This document shows positions 48,202 to 59,136 of a stretch of DNA of 64,000 bases, one piece after another. Source of the stretch: an uncultured Chloroflexia bacterium (GTDB lineage Bacteria; Chloroflexota; Limnocylindria; QHBO01); the NCBI GenBank assembly GCA_963811145.1, contig CAWEQC010000003.1:674897-738896 (forward strand), written 5' to 3'. How positions within the stretch are numbered: position 1 is the stretch's first letter; each line of letters begins with the position of its first letter. The notes under the pieces were generated by a model that worked only from the letters and a program-made list of their open reading frames with translations, had not been told where the DNA came from and made no database searches. The position numbers were made by a program, and so were the translations under genes.

Positions 48202-49680
48202 ATGACGGTGAATCCGAAGAAGCTGCGGCCGTATGACGTGCCACCGAAGCGTCGCCGTTCGCTCATTCCCGGGGCTCCCGACAGCGCTGCCACCGGGTTC
48301 CTCGTTGCCGCGGCGCTGTGGCTCGCGGTCGCTGCCGGTCTCGGCGTCCTTGCCGTCGGGATGCGGCTGATCGACTTCTCCTTCACGTTCGGCCTCGGCC
48401 TGTTCGACCTGAGCATCAACTTCGACACGCGACGCGTGGACTACGCGTTCGTCAATGCAACCGTCTACGGCTGGCTCACCAACGCGGGCTTCGCGGCCGT
48501 CGCGTTCATGACGCCGCGACTCCTCGGCCGCAGGCTGGCAATGGAGAAGGGGCTCAACGGCGCCTACGCCATCTGGAACCTGTCCCTGGCCGGCGGCATC
48601 GCCGCACTCTACGTGTTCGACCTTGGACCCCATGCGCCGCTGACCGCCTTCCCGTGGCTCATCGATGGTGGCCTGGCGCTCGGAGCGCTCATCGTGACCG
48701 GCGCCTTCTTCGCCACCGTGGCCACGTCGCTCCGCGACAGCTACGTCAGCCTCTGGTTCGCCGGAGTGGCGCTCCTCTCGCTGCTCGGCCTCCTGAGCGT
48801 CAACGCCGGGCTCGGCCTCATCGACTTCTTCTTCCACCTGCCGGTGCTGCTGATCGCCCTCGTGTCGGTCTACGTCGAGCGCGCGACGTCGACCCTGTGG
48901 CTGCTGGGAATGGCGTACGCGACGCTCTATTACGTCGTGCCGCGCGCAACCGGCCAGCCCCTGGCGTGGGGCGGGATCGGGATGCTGAGCTTCGTGACGT
49001 GGCTCGTGCTGGCTCCCGTGGCGGGGTTGGCCGCCGTGGTCGACGTGAGCATCCCGTACGCAATCACCAGCGTCGGGATCGTGGCCACCATGCTCCTGCT
49101 GGTGCCGGCCGCGCTGACGCTCGTCAATCTCGTTCAGACCATGCAGGGTCGCTGGACGCTCGTCTTCGGTGCCGGAACCGCCGCGTTCGCCGTCGTCTCG
49201 ATCGCCTTCCTGTTCGCGGCCAGCCTGCTCGACGCGATCGGCGCACTGCGCGCGGTCGACGACCTCGTCGGCGGGACCGATTGGGAGCGAGGCGCCTTCC
49301 TGTGGGCTGCGTACGGCACGTTCACATTCGCCGCCTTCGCGCTCGCCGAGCATGCCCTGCCGCGCATCCTGCGACGGTCCTGGAGTGGCGGCTTCCTGTC
49401 GGGCGCCCAGCTGTGGCTCGCCTTCGGCGGCGTGACCGTGGCCGGCCTTGCGCTGATGGGCGCCGGGCTGGCGGAGGGATCACTGCTGGCCGAGGGGACC
49501 GCGCCGGACGCGATCGAGACCGGCGTGATGATCTATCGGGTCATCGCGTTTCTCGGTGCCGGTATGGTCGCCCTGGCGGGCCTGGCTTTCCTGACGAACC
49601 TGTTCCTGATGTACACGAGCGGCGAGCCGGTCGATTACGCGGTCCCCGGGCAGCCGGCGACCGCGGCGGCGGGACACTGA
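48202..49680 (+). CDS. Polytopic (about 12-TM) membrane protein of unknown function, partnered with a cytochrome c
   Basis: It is 492 aa and very hydrophobic. It has only three His residues, which is too few for a heme-copper oxidase subunit I. RBS AGGAGGG lies upstream. Confidence 0.45.
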   Translation: MTVNPKKLRPYDVPPKRRRSLIPGAPDSAATGFLVAAALWLAVAAGLGVLAVGMRLIDFSFTFGLGLFDLSINFDTRRVDYAFVNATVYGWLTNAGFAAVAFMTPRLLGRRLAMEKGLNGAYAIWNLSLAGGIAALYVFDLGPHAPLTAFPWLIDGGLALGALIVTGAFFATVATSLRDSYVSLWFAGVALLSLLGLLSVNAGLGLIDFFFHLPVLLIALVSVYVERATSTLWLLGMAYATLYYVVPRATGQPLAWGGIGMLSFVTWLVLAPVAGLAAVVDVSIPYAITSVGIVATMLLLVPAALTLVNLVQTMQGRWTLVFGAGTAAFAVVSIAFLFAASLLDAIGALRAVDDLVGGTDWERGAFLWAAYGTFTFAAFALAEHALPRILRRSWSGGFLSGAQLWLAFGGVTVAGLALMGAGLAEGSLLAEGTAPDAIETGVMIYRVIAFLGAGMVALAGLAFLTNLFLMYTSGEPVDYAVPGQPATAAAGH

Positions 49681-49684
49681 GCGA

Positions 49685-50161
49685 ATGACGCTCCATACGC
49701 CGATCGAGACGCGCTCAGGTGGCCTGCCACCGTGGGCGATCGGTCTCACCGTCTTCGTGTTCCTGGTGGGTGGCGTCTACCTCGCCTCGAACCTTGCCGG
49801 CCAGAACCCGGCCCTCGGAATCCCCGGCGCCAGCGCGCCAGTGGCCTCCGGCGGTCCCGCCGATCCCGCGGTCGGTGAGGCGCTGGTTGGACAGGCGCAG
49901 CCGTCGTGCACCACCTGCCACGGACCGGAGCTCGCCGGCCAGGCCAGCTTCCCGAGCCTGCATGGCGTGGCCGATGGCCCGAAGAGCGAGAACCTCCAGG
50001 ACCTCGCCGCAGCGCATCCCGAGGACTGGATTCACCTCTGGATCGACGGCACCACCCCCGAGACCCAGGGCCTCGAGCGCGGGGGCATGCCGGCATTCGG
50101 CGAGCAGTTCACGCCAGAGCAGATCGACGCCATCGTCGCGTACCTGAAGACGCTGCCGTAG
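49685..50161 (+). CDS. Membrane-anchored mono-heme class I cytochrome c
   Basis: It has an N-terminal TM, a single CXXCH (CTTCHG), and a distal Met (GGMPAFG). Confidence 0.7.
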   Translation: MTLHTPIETRSGGLPPWAIGLTVFVFLVGGVYLASNLAGQNPALGIPGASAPVASGGPADPAVGEALVGQAQPSCTTCHGPELAGQASFPSLHGVADGPKSENLQDLAAAHPEDWIHLWIDGTTPETQGLERGGMPAFGEQFTPEQIDAIVAYLKTLP

Positions 50162-50164
50162 CCG

Positions 50165-51076
50165 GTGACCGATCCGGCGGCGCGCGAGGAGCGCGGCGTT
50201 CCCGTCCTCATCGGCGCCGATGAGATGGCCCGCATCGACGAGGCAGCCCAGAAGCTGGGACTGACCGAGGACGCGCTGATGGAGTCGGCAGGCGCCGCGG
50301 TGGCGGAGGTGGCGCAGGCCGAGCTCGGACGCCTCGCCGAGCGCATTCGTGGCCCGGCCGGCCCGCTTGCGCGGCCAGCCCATGTGGTGGTGCTGTGCGG
50401 GCCGGGCAACAACGGCGGTGACGGGTTCGTGGTCGCCCGCCGCCTGGCGAGCACCGGGCGCGCCGTGCTTGCCATCCTTGTCGCCGATGCGTCGAAGCTC
50501 TCGGGCCGAGCGGCCGGCCACAACTGGAGTGTGCTCCAGGCGATGGCCTCGGCGGGATCGCTCGAGCTGTTCGTTGCTCCCAGCCCTGAGCTCCTGCTGC
50601 GGCTCCGTGAGCGGATTGCCGAGGCGACACTGGTCGTCGACGCACTTCTCGGCTCTGGCGCATCCGGCCCGCTGCGCGAGCCGATCTCGACGGCGGTCGA
50701 TCTCGTCAATGCCACGCGCACCCACGCGCTCGCTGCCGGGCGTCCGTTCGCGGTGCTGGCGGTCGACACGCCGACGCGGGTCGATCTGACCGGCGGCAGC
50801 CGATCCACCCCGGTCGTCACCGCCGACGTCACGGTCACCTTCCACCGCGCAAAGGCCGGCTTCGCCCTCGACCGCGACGCACGGAGCCTCGCCGGCCGCT
50901 ACCTCGTGGCGCCGATCGGCATCCCCCTCGAGGCGGAGGAGGGAATCGTGCCCCCCGACGGCGAGTTTCCGCCGGGTCGTATAACCGAGATCAATTGGCA
51001 GGAGCCGGTTGAGCGGGCGGATGCGGCGCATCGTCCCGGAGGCGGGATCGCCGCGGGACCAGGACGCACCGACTGA
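50165..51076 (+). CDS. nnr: NAD(P)H-hydrate epimerase (YjeF N-terminal domain only)
   Basis: The motif is VVLCGPGNNGGDGFVVARRLA. It is 303 aa and has no C-terminal dehydratase domain. Confidence 0.65.
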   Translation: MTDPAAREERGVPVLIGADEMARIDEAAQKLGLTEDALMESAGAAVAEVAQAELGRLAERIRGPAGPLARPAHVVVLCGPGNNGGDGFVVARRLASTGRAVLAILVADASKLSGRAAGHNWSVLQAMASAGSLELFVAPSPELLLRLRERIAEATLVVDALLGSGASGPLREPISTAVDLVNATRTHALAAGRPFAVLAVDTPTRVDLTGGSRSTPVVTADVTVTFHRAKAGFALDRDARSLAGRYLVAPIGIPLEAEEGIVPPDGEFPPGRITEINWQEPVERADAAHRPGGGIAAGPGRTD

Positions 51077-51128
51077 CCGCTTGCTCGATCGGCAGGAGCG
51101 CCACGGAATCCGTTAGCCCCGCTAACAT

Positions 51129-52577
51129 TTGCAGATGTTCGAGTACGCCGAAGCTGCGGTGGAGTCAGCCCTGGCGGCCGGCGCGCGCTACGCCGACGCG
51201 CGCGTCATGGATCGTCACCACGAAGCGATGGGGGCTCGCGACGGCGAGGTCGAGGAGCTCAGCCAGGAGGCATCGGTGGGGATCGGCGTGCGGGCCCTCA
51301 TCGGCTCTGGATGGGGCTTCTTCTCGACGGCCGATCTGACGCCGGCATCGGCCCGACAGGCGGGTGAGCAGGCCGCTGCCATCGCCCGCGCCTCCGCCTC
51401 GGTCTCCGGCCCGGACCTCGAGCTTGCGCCTGTCGAGGTCAGTCAGGGCAGCTGGGCGAACGAGGTCCGCGAGGATCCGCTGGCCGTCACGCTGGCGGAA
51501 AAGGGCGATCTCCTCGCGAATGCCACGCGGACCATGAAGGAGCACGGCGCGGACGTGGCGCTCGCCGGCTACGACGTGTGGGACACGACGAAGTGGCTCG
51601 TGAGCAGCGAGGGCCATCGGATCGACCAGCACATCGTGGAGTGCGGCGCGCAGATGAACGCCACCGCGAATGGCGAGACCGAGACGCAGCGTCGAAGCTA
51701 CCCGGGGATCCGCGGCCAGTACGGGACGCGGGGCTGGGAGCTTGTGCGCGAGATCGACCTCGCAGGCAACGCCGCCCGGATCGCGGAGGAGGCGCGCGCA
51801 CTGCTCACCGCTCCGGCCTGCCCAGCCCACGAGGCGATCGACCTGATCATCGGCTCCGAGCAGATGGCGCTCCAGATCCACGAGTCGGTCGGACACGCGG
51901 TGGAGCTGGATCGCATCCTGGGTTGGGAAGCGGCCTTTGCAGGCACCTCCTGGCTGGATCTGGCGCAGATCGGCAGCCTGCGCTTCGGGTCCGAGCTGAT
52001 GAACGTCACCGCCGATGCGACCCTGCCCGGCGCGCTCGGCAGCTTCGGGTACGACGACGAGGGCACGCCCGCACATCCCGTGGACATCGTCCGCGAAGGG
52101 ACCTGGGTCGGCGTCCTCTCCGGTCGCGACTCGGCCGCCCTGGCAGGACTGGGCTCTTCGGGAGGCGCCGTGCGTGGCGACGGCTATAACCGGCTGCCGA
52201 TGGTGCGCATGACCAACGTCGGCCTGCTCCCGGGCACCAGCAGCCTCGAGGAGATGATCGCCGCCACCGATGACGGGCTGCTGGTCGACACCAACCGCTC
52301 GTGGTCGATCGACGACAAGCGCTTGAACTTCCAGTTCGGATGTGAGATCGGCTGGGAGATCAAGAACGGCAAGCGCGGCCGCATGCTGAAGAACCCGACA
52401 TACACGGGCATCGGGCCGCGGTTCTGGGCCAGCCTCGACATGCTCGGCAACGAATCGGAATGGACCTTCTGGGGCACTCCGAACTGCGGCAAGGGCCAGC
52501 CAGGGCAGATCGGCCACACCGGCCATCCGTCAGTTCCTTGCCGATTCCGTGGCGTGCGGGTTGGCGTGACCGGATGA
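51129..52577 (+). CDS. tldD: Metalloprotease TldD
   Basis: The HExxxH motif is HESVGHAVELD, and the C-terminus is GxC-rich. Confidence 0.85.
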   Translation: MQMFEYAEAAVESALAAGARYADARVMDRHHEAMGARDGEVEELSQEASVGIGVRALIGSGWGFFSTADLTPASARQAGEQAAAIARASASVSGPDLELAPVEVSQGSWANEVREDPLAVTLAEKGDLLANATRTMKEHGADVALAGYDVWDTTKWLVSSEGHRIDQHIVECGAQMNATANGETETQRRSYPGIRGQYGTRGWELVREIDLAGNAARIAEEARALLTAPACPAHEAIDLIIGSEQMALQIHESVGHAVELDRILGWEAAFAGTSWLDLAQIGSLRFGSELMNVTADATLPGALGSFGYDDEGTPAHPVDIVREGTWVGVLSGRDSAALAGLGSSGGAVRGDGYNRLPMVRMTNVGLLPGTSSLEEMIAATDDGLLVDTNRSWSIDDKRLNFQFGCEIGWEIKNGKRGRMLKNPTYTGIGPRFWASLDMLGNESEWTFWGTPNCGKGQPGQIGHTGHPSVPCRFRGVRVGVTG

Positions 52578-53911
52578 GCGATCGCCTGCTCGACGTCTGC
52601 GAGCGCGTCCTCGCCCGTGTCGGATCGGAGGCCGAGGCCGAGGTGACCGTCTCGACCGGGGCCGATGCGCTCACCCGCTTTGCCACCAGCTTCATCCACC
52701 AGAACGTCGCCGATGCGGCTCAGCGTGTACACCTGCGGGTCGCGCTCGATGGCCGGGTGGCGGAATCGGTGGGAAACCAGACCGATGACGACGCGGTGGA
52801 ACGCCTGGTGCGTTCGGCGCTGGACGCCGCCCGGCTCAGGCCGGTCGATCCCGGTTGGCCGGGACTCGCCTTGCCTGCGCCGGCACCCGCGGTCGAGCAC
52901 TGGGACGAGGCGACGGCGGAGGCCTCGCCGGACGAGCGCGCGGGTCACGTCGGCGCCTTTGTGAACGCGGCGGGTGGCCTCGAGACTGCCGGATTCTGCT
53001 CCACCAACGCCAACGTGGTCGCGTTCGCAAACTCGGCCGGTCAGAGGCTGTCCGGACGCGCGAGCGCCGCGATCATGGACGGCATCGTGCGCACCGCAAC
53101 CTCCGACGGCAGCGGTCGTGCCGCGTCAGTCCGAGTCGCGGACCTCGACGGAGCGGCTGTCGGAGCGGAGGCGGTGCGACGCGCGCGGGAGTCGGCAGAT
53201 GCCGGCGATCTCGAGCCCGGTCGCTACGAGGTCGTCCTCGAGCCCGACTGCGTCGTCGACATCCTCACCTTCCTGGCGCTCCACGGCTTCAACGGGCGAG
53301 CGGTGGAGGAGGGCCGGTCGTTCGCCAGGCTCGGCGAAGCGCAGTTCGACCCCTCCATCTCCCTCGCCGACGACGTCGAGCACCCGATGTCCATTGGCAT
53401 TCCGTTCGACGCCGAGGGCACGCCAAAGCGTCGCATCGAGCTCGTGCGCGACGGGGTGACGACCAGCCTGATCCACGACCGGCGCACCGCGAAGGCGCTT
53501 CGGGCAGAGTCGACCGGCAACGCGGTCGCCGGGGCCGGACCATTTGGTGCGCTGCCGGAGAACCTCGTCCTGGAGCCCGGTTCGACCTCGCGCGACGAGA
53601 TGATCGCCGCGGTTGCGCGAGGACTGCTGGTCACCGATTTCTGGTACACCCGCATCCTCGATCCGCGCACCCAGGTGGTGACGGGGCTGACGCGCAACGG
53701 CGTGTGGTTGATCGAGGACGGCCGCGTCGTCCAACCGGTGACCAACATGCGATTCACGCAGTCGTTCCTCGAAGCACTCTCGCCTGGCAACGTGCGCTCC
53801 GTCGGGTCTGAACCCACGCTGGTGGGCGGCGCCGTATTCGGGCTCGGCGCCTACGTCGTTCCCGCCGTGCACCTGGCCTCGTGGAACTTCACCGGCGGCG
53901 CCAAGGGCTAG
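52574..53911 (+). CDS. tldE: TldE/PmbA-family metalloprotease partner
   Basis: ATG 52574 overlaps the tldD stop as ATGA. It has the PmbA_TldD fold and no HExxH. Confidence 0.75.
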   Translation: MSDRLLDVCERVLARVGSEAEAEVTVSTGADALTRFATSFIHQNVADAAQRVHLRVALDGRVAESVGNQTDDDAVERLVRSALDAARLRPVDPGWPGLALPAPAPAVEHWDEATAEASPDERAGHVGAFVNAAGGLETAGFCSTNANVVAFANSAGQRLSGRASAAIMDGIVRTATSDGSGRAASVRVADLDGAAVGAEAVRRARESADAGDLEPGRYEVVLEPDCVVDILTFLALHGFNGRAVEEGRSFARLGEAQFDPSISLADDVEHPMSIGIPFDAEGTPKRRIELVRDGVTTSLIHDRRTAKALRAESTGNAVAGAGPFGALPENLVLEPGSTSRDEMIAAVARGLLVTDFWYTRILDPRTQVVTGLTRNGVWLIEDGRVVQPVTNMRFTQSFLEALSPGNVRSVGSEPTLVGGAVFGLGAYVVPAVHLASWNFTGGAKG

Positions 53912-53914
53912 GCA

Positions 53915-54529
53915 TCACCCATGGATAGGCCGGGCGTCCCAGCTGCTCCCCGGCTTGATCAACGGCACATCAGCGTCACACAGCTCGCAGGCATCGGGCT
54001 CCCATGACGGAATCTCGATCCGGCCCAGCGAATGGAGCGGCAGCCCGAGGTCAATGGGCTCCACCGACCGATCGACCATGACCGCGGCCGCCACCGGGTC
54101 GACCCCGGCTGCCCGGACGGCCTCGACCGCCTCGACCAGCGAGGCGCCGGTGGTCAGGATGTCGTCGACGATCACGACCCTCTCATCCGGGGCGACGGGC
54201 CAGCCGCGACGCAGCGCGCGCCCCCCGGAGGTGACCGGCTCGGCGAATGCTCCACGGACCTCGCCGCCCAGCTGGCGGGCCGTCTCGAAGGAGAGGAGGA
54301 CGCCGCCGGTCGTCGGCCCGACCACCAGGCTTGGCTTGTAAGGAGCCAGCACTTCCGCGAAGCGCCGGCACAGCTCGACTCCGTAGCGCGGGTGCTGGAG
54401 CACCAGGAACTTCTCGAGGTAGCGGCCGGCATGGCGCCCGGACTTCAGCAGGAAGTGCCCGTCGAGCAGCGCGCCGGCATCGGCGAAGAGGGACTCCACG
54501 GAAGCGTCGCGGAGGGACGCATCGGTCAT
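53915..54529 (-). CDS. pyrE: Orotate phosphoribosyltransferase-like type I PRTase
   Basis: The PRPP-binding motif is VVIVDDILTTGASL. It is 204 aa. Confidence 0.6.
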   Translation of the reverse strand: MTDASLRDASVESLFADAGALLDGHFLLKSGRHAGRYLEKFLVLQHPRYGVELCRRFAEVLAPYKPSLVVGPTTGGVLLSFETARQLGGEVRGAFAEPVTSGGRALRRGWPVAPDERVVIVDDILTTGASLVEAVEAVRAAGVDPVAAAVMVDRSVEPIDLGLPLHSLGRIEIPSWEPDACELCDADVPLIKPGSSWDARPIHG

Positions 54530-55314
54530 TCGTAGACGGCGGAGAAGTCGACCGCCGGGTAGCGCTCGGCCAGTGCCTCGGTCACCCAGTGGAGCACGTC
54601 AGCGGGGTCGTAGAAGGCGGCGATCGTCTTAGCCTCGGTCACCGCGAGCCCTTGACGGCGCGCCTCCACCGTGCCGACGACATCCTCGGGTCGGTCGGAC
54701 AGGTCCAGGCTCGTCTCGAAGCGGCCGTCGGCCCGCAGGATGAGCATGTCCTCGGGCTCGTCGAGCAGCGGGAGGTCGCCGGTACGCCGCAGGACCTCTT
54801 CCGCGTTGGAGGCGAACTCCCGCAGGAGCTGCGCCTGCGCGGTGCCGAGCTGGGTTCGGTATGCGTCAGCCAGCTGCCAGAGCCGTTGGGCGGCCAGGGT
54901 CTCCTGCTGTGAGGTCGGCAGCTCGGCCTGCCAGTCGTCGGCGGCCGGGGCATCGACCAGCTTCTCCTCGCGTGCCAGCTCATCGGCGGCGACGAGATGG
55001 GCGGGCGCGTCCCGCGACGCCTCGATCAGCCACGAGAAGATGTCGGCCGGGTTGTACAGCTCGATCAGCTCGCTGATCGAGTCGACCAGCTGCTCCTGGT
55101 CGTACCACTCGCTGTCGGCCGGGTCCTGGTAGGTGAGCCGGGTCGTCCACGTCTCGTCGACCGGGTGGTAGAGCAGGTAGTCCTGCTCGTTGTCGACGAG
55201 CTTGATCGGGCCGATCTCGCGCAGCCGGTCCCGGTTCTGGTCAAGGAAGCGGCGAAGCTGTTCGGTCGCCTCGTAGAGGAAGTCGCGACGCTCGAGCTCG
55301 GCCTCGGCGGCCAT
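54526..55314 (-). CDS. Hypothetical acidic protein (262 aa)
   Basis: The internal ATG at 55314 is the probable start. The N-terminal part of ORF 54526..55692 is Arg/Pro-rich and looks non-coding. Confidence 0.4.
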   Translation of the reverse strand: MAAEAELERRDFLYEATEQLRRFLDQNRDRLREIGPIKLVDNEQDYLLYHPVDETWTTRLTYQDPADSEWYDQEQLVDSISELIELYNPADIFSWLIEASRDAPAHLVAADELAREEKLVDAPAADDWQAELPTSQQETLAAQRLWQLADAYRTQLGTAQAQLLREFASNAEEVLRRTGDLPLLDEPEDMLILRADGRFETSLDLSDRPEDVVGTVEARRQGLAVTEAKTIAAFYDPADVLHWVTEALAERYPAVDFSAVYE

Positions 55315-55349
55315 CTCGCGGAGGGCGACGAAGCGTGGCGACGAAGCGC

Positions 55350-55676
55350 TCACGGCTTGTACACGAAGTCCGGGCCCATGCGCTCGCGCAGGAAGATCGT
55401 GTGCTTCGAGTCGAACACCGATTCGGCGACGCGGTGTGCGAAGCCCTGCATCCCCGGGTCGGCGTACAGGCGGTCGAGCACGGCGTAGTTCGGGAGGTCC
55501 ACGATCAGCACGTTGTTCCAGGTCGACCCTTCTGTCACGTTGAACCAGCCGACGAAACGCACGCCGTACTTCTGCTCGGTCTCCCGGGCGCGCCTCGGGA
55601 AGATATGGCGCATGCCGCGCTTGAAGATCGTGTCGCGGCCCTTGCGGACGTTGAAGAACGTGACCATGAGCGGCAT
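55350..55676 (-). CDS. Small alpha+beta protein (108 aa), unknown function
   Basis: The sequence is MPLMVTFFNVRKGRD...WFNVTEGSTWNNVLIVDLPNYAVLDRLYADPG. Its start overlaps the upstream stop as ATGA. Confidence 0.4.
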   Translation of the reverse strand: MPLMVTFFNVRKGRDTIFKRGMRHIFPRRARETEQKYGVRFVGWFNVTEGSTWNNVLIVDLPNYAVLDRLYADPGMQGFAHRVAESVFDSKHTIFLRERMGPDFVYKP

Positions 55677-55855
55677 CAGTGAGCTCCTCCACGACGGCTC
55701 ATCGCGAGGCCGATAACGGCGCCGAGCACGACCCCGATCGGCAGCCACAGGCCCAGGTTGTCCATCGCCACGCCGAGGGCCACGCCAATGCCGACGCCGA
55801 TCGCGATCCAGGCACCGAGCGCCGCCGTCGGCACGATTGGCGCGCGATCACTCAT
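55676..55855 (-). CDS. Small Gly/Ala-rich membrane peptide (about 59 aa)
   Basis: It is hydrophobic (AWIAIGVGIGVALGV...GVVLGAVIGLA) and translationally coupled to the downstream gene. Confidence 0.3.
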   Translation of the reverse strand: MSDRAPIVPTAALGAWIAIGVGIGVALGVAMDNLGLWLPIGVVLGAVIGLAMSRRGGAH

Positions 55856-56162
55856 CGGTCTTCTCCTCATCGGTGCTGATGACGCGAGTGTGAGGCTTCG
55901 CGACGCCGGTCTGCCGGCCCCGACCGCGACGACGATCGGCGAAGAAGACGCGGAGCAGGAAGACGCTCGTCATGCTCACGAAGAAGAGCAGGACGAGGTC
56001 GACGAAGAGCAGCGTCGCCAGCACCCACACCGGCCAGTTGAAGGTGAAGAGCCCGACCGGGATGAGAAACAGGATGACGGCGAACAGGATCGCCTGCGTG
56101 ACGAAGCATCCGAAGCCGGGACCCTCGTTCGGGTCGAGCTCCTCGTTGTAACGAACTGACAA
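55848..56162 (-). CDS. Hypothetical 2-TM membrane protein, TTG start
   Basis: It is a 104-aa hydrophobic ORF. Its 3' end overlaps the next small ORF. Confidence 0.35.
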   Translation of the reverse strand: MSVRYNEELDPNEGPGFGCFVTQAILFAVILFLIPVGLFTFNWPVWVLATLLFVDLVLLFFVSMTSVFLLRVFFADRRRGRGRQTGVAKPHTRVISTDEEKTDE

Positions 56163-56229
56163 GCCATTCCTCGCCTGTGATCAAGGGGATGTGGCGAGCG
56201 GCATGGTCCCATATCCACGGGAGCCACGC

Positions 56230-57584
56230 TCAGGATCGATAGGTGATTCGCCCGTCGGCCACGGTCAGCCGCACCACGCCCGGCAGCTCCATGCCAAGCA
56301 GCGGCGTGTTGGCCGAAGCCGATGCCAGGCCGGCCGCCTCGACGCGCCATCGGGCTTCCGGATCGAACACCACCAGGTCAGCGGCCTGTCCGAAGGCCAG
56401 GCTGCGTCGCTCGCCGATGATCTCGGCGGGCCGAATCGAGAGCGCGGCGACGAGCGTCGTCATCTCCAACCGCCCGGACTCGACAGCCGCGACGCCCAGC
56501 GACAGCGCGGTCTCGAGGCCGATGAGCCCTGGCGCCGCGTCGTCGAACGGCACCAGCTTGCGGTGCGGTGCATGTGGCGCGTGGTCGGTGGCGATGGCGT
56601 CGACGGTGCCGTCCGCAAGCCCCGCCAGCAGGGCGAGGGCGTCATCGCGGGATCCCAGCGGCGGGTTGACGCGGCAGCGTCCGTCGTACGCGCGGTCGGG
56701 ATCGAGTACTTCATCGCCGTTCGGCTCCTCCCAGGCAAGCTGGCGCGAGCCCGCCACCCATGTGTCGGTGAACGCGATATGGTGCGGCGTCACGTCGCAG
56801 GTCACCGACAGCCCGCGTGCCCGTGCGCGGCGAACTGCCTCGATGGCCGACGCCGTCGACAGGTGGGTGAGATGGAGGCGAGCCCCGGTCTCGGCGGCAA
56901 GCGCGACGTCACGCTCGACGATCGTCAGCTCCGCGCTCGGCGGCCAGCCGCCGAGCCCCAGCCGGCTGGCGGTGCGACCGCCGCGCATGACGCCGCCGGC
57001 AGCCAGCCTCGCGTCCTCGGCATGCTCGAACAGCGGCATTCCCAGCCCTCGCAGGTAGGTCATGGCGGCCCGAGCCAGGCGTGGCGACGGAATCGCGGCA
57101 CCGTCGTCGGAGAAGGCGACTGCGCCGGCGTCGGCCATGGCGCCGAGATCGGCCAGCTCCTCGCCGCGACGATCGACGCTGATGGCACCGATGACGCGAA
57201 CCCGGCAGGAGGCGTCACGAGCCCGATCGGCAACCCAGCCGATCTGCCCAGGCCCGTCGAGCGCCGGCTCGGTGTTCGGCATGGCGCAGACGGTTGTGAA
57301 TCCGCCCCGCGCCGCCGCTCGCGCCCCCGATGCGATCGTCTCCGCTTCCTCGTCGCCCGGCTCGCGCAGATGCGCGTGCAGGTCGCAGAAGCCCGGCGCC
57401 GCGATCAGGCCAGTGGCGTCGATCCGCTCGATCCCTGCCGGCACGGTGGCGGGTTCGCGCAGGAACCCATCGACGATTGCCAGGTCCCGCACGCCGTCGG
57501 ATCCGTCATTCGGGTCGATCAGGCGCACCCCGCTCAGCAGCAGGTTGGCTCGGGCATCGGTCGTACGTCCGAACTGGCCGATGC

Positions 57585-57588
<4 letters not shown>
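56230..57588 (-). CDS. pyrC: Dihydroorotase
   Basis: The metal ligands are DLHAHLREPG ... HLTHLST ... ATDHAPH. GTG start 57588 overlaps the pyrB stop as GTGA. The upstream part of ORF 56230..57930 is antisense overlap with pyrB and not coding. Confidence 0.85.
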
Positions 57589-59095
<1,507 letters not shown>

Positions 59096-59136
59096 TTAAA
59101 GGGCTCGGCGCAGAGTATACCGGCGCAGCCGTCCCG

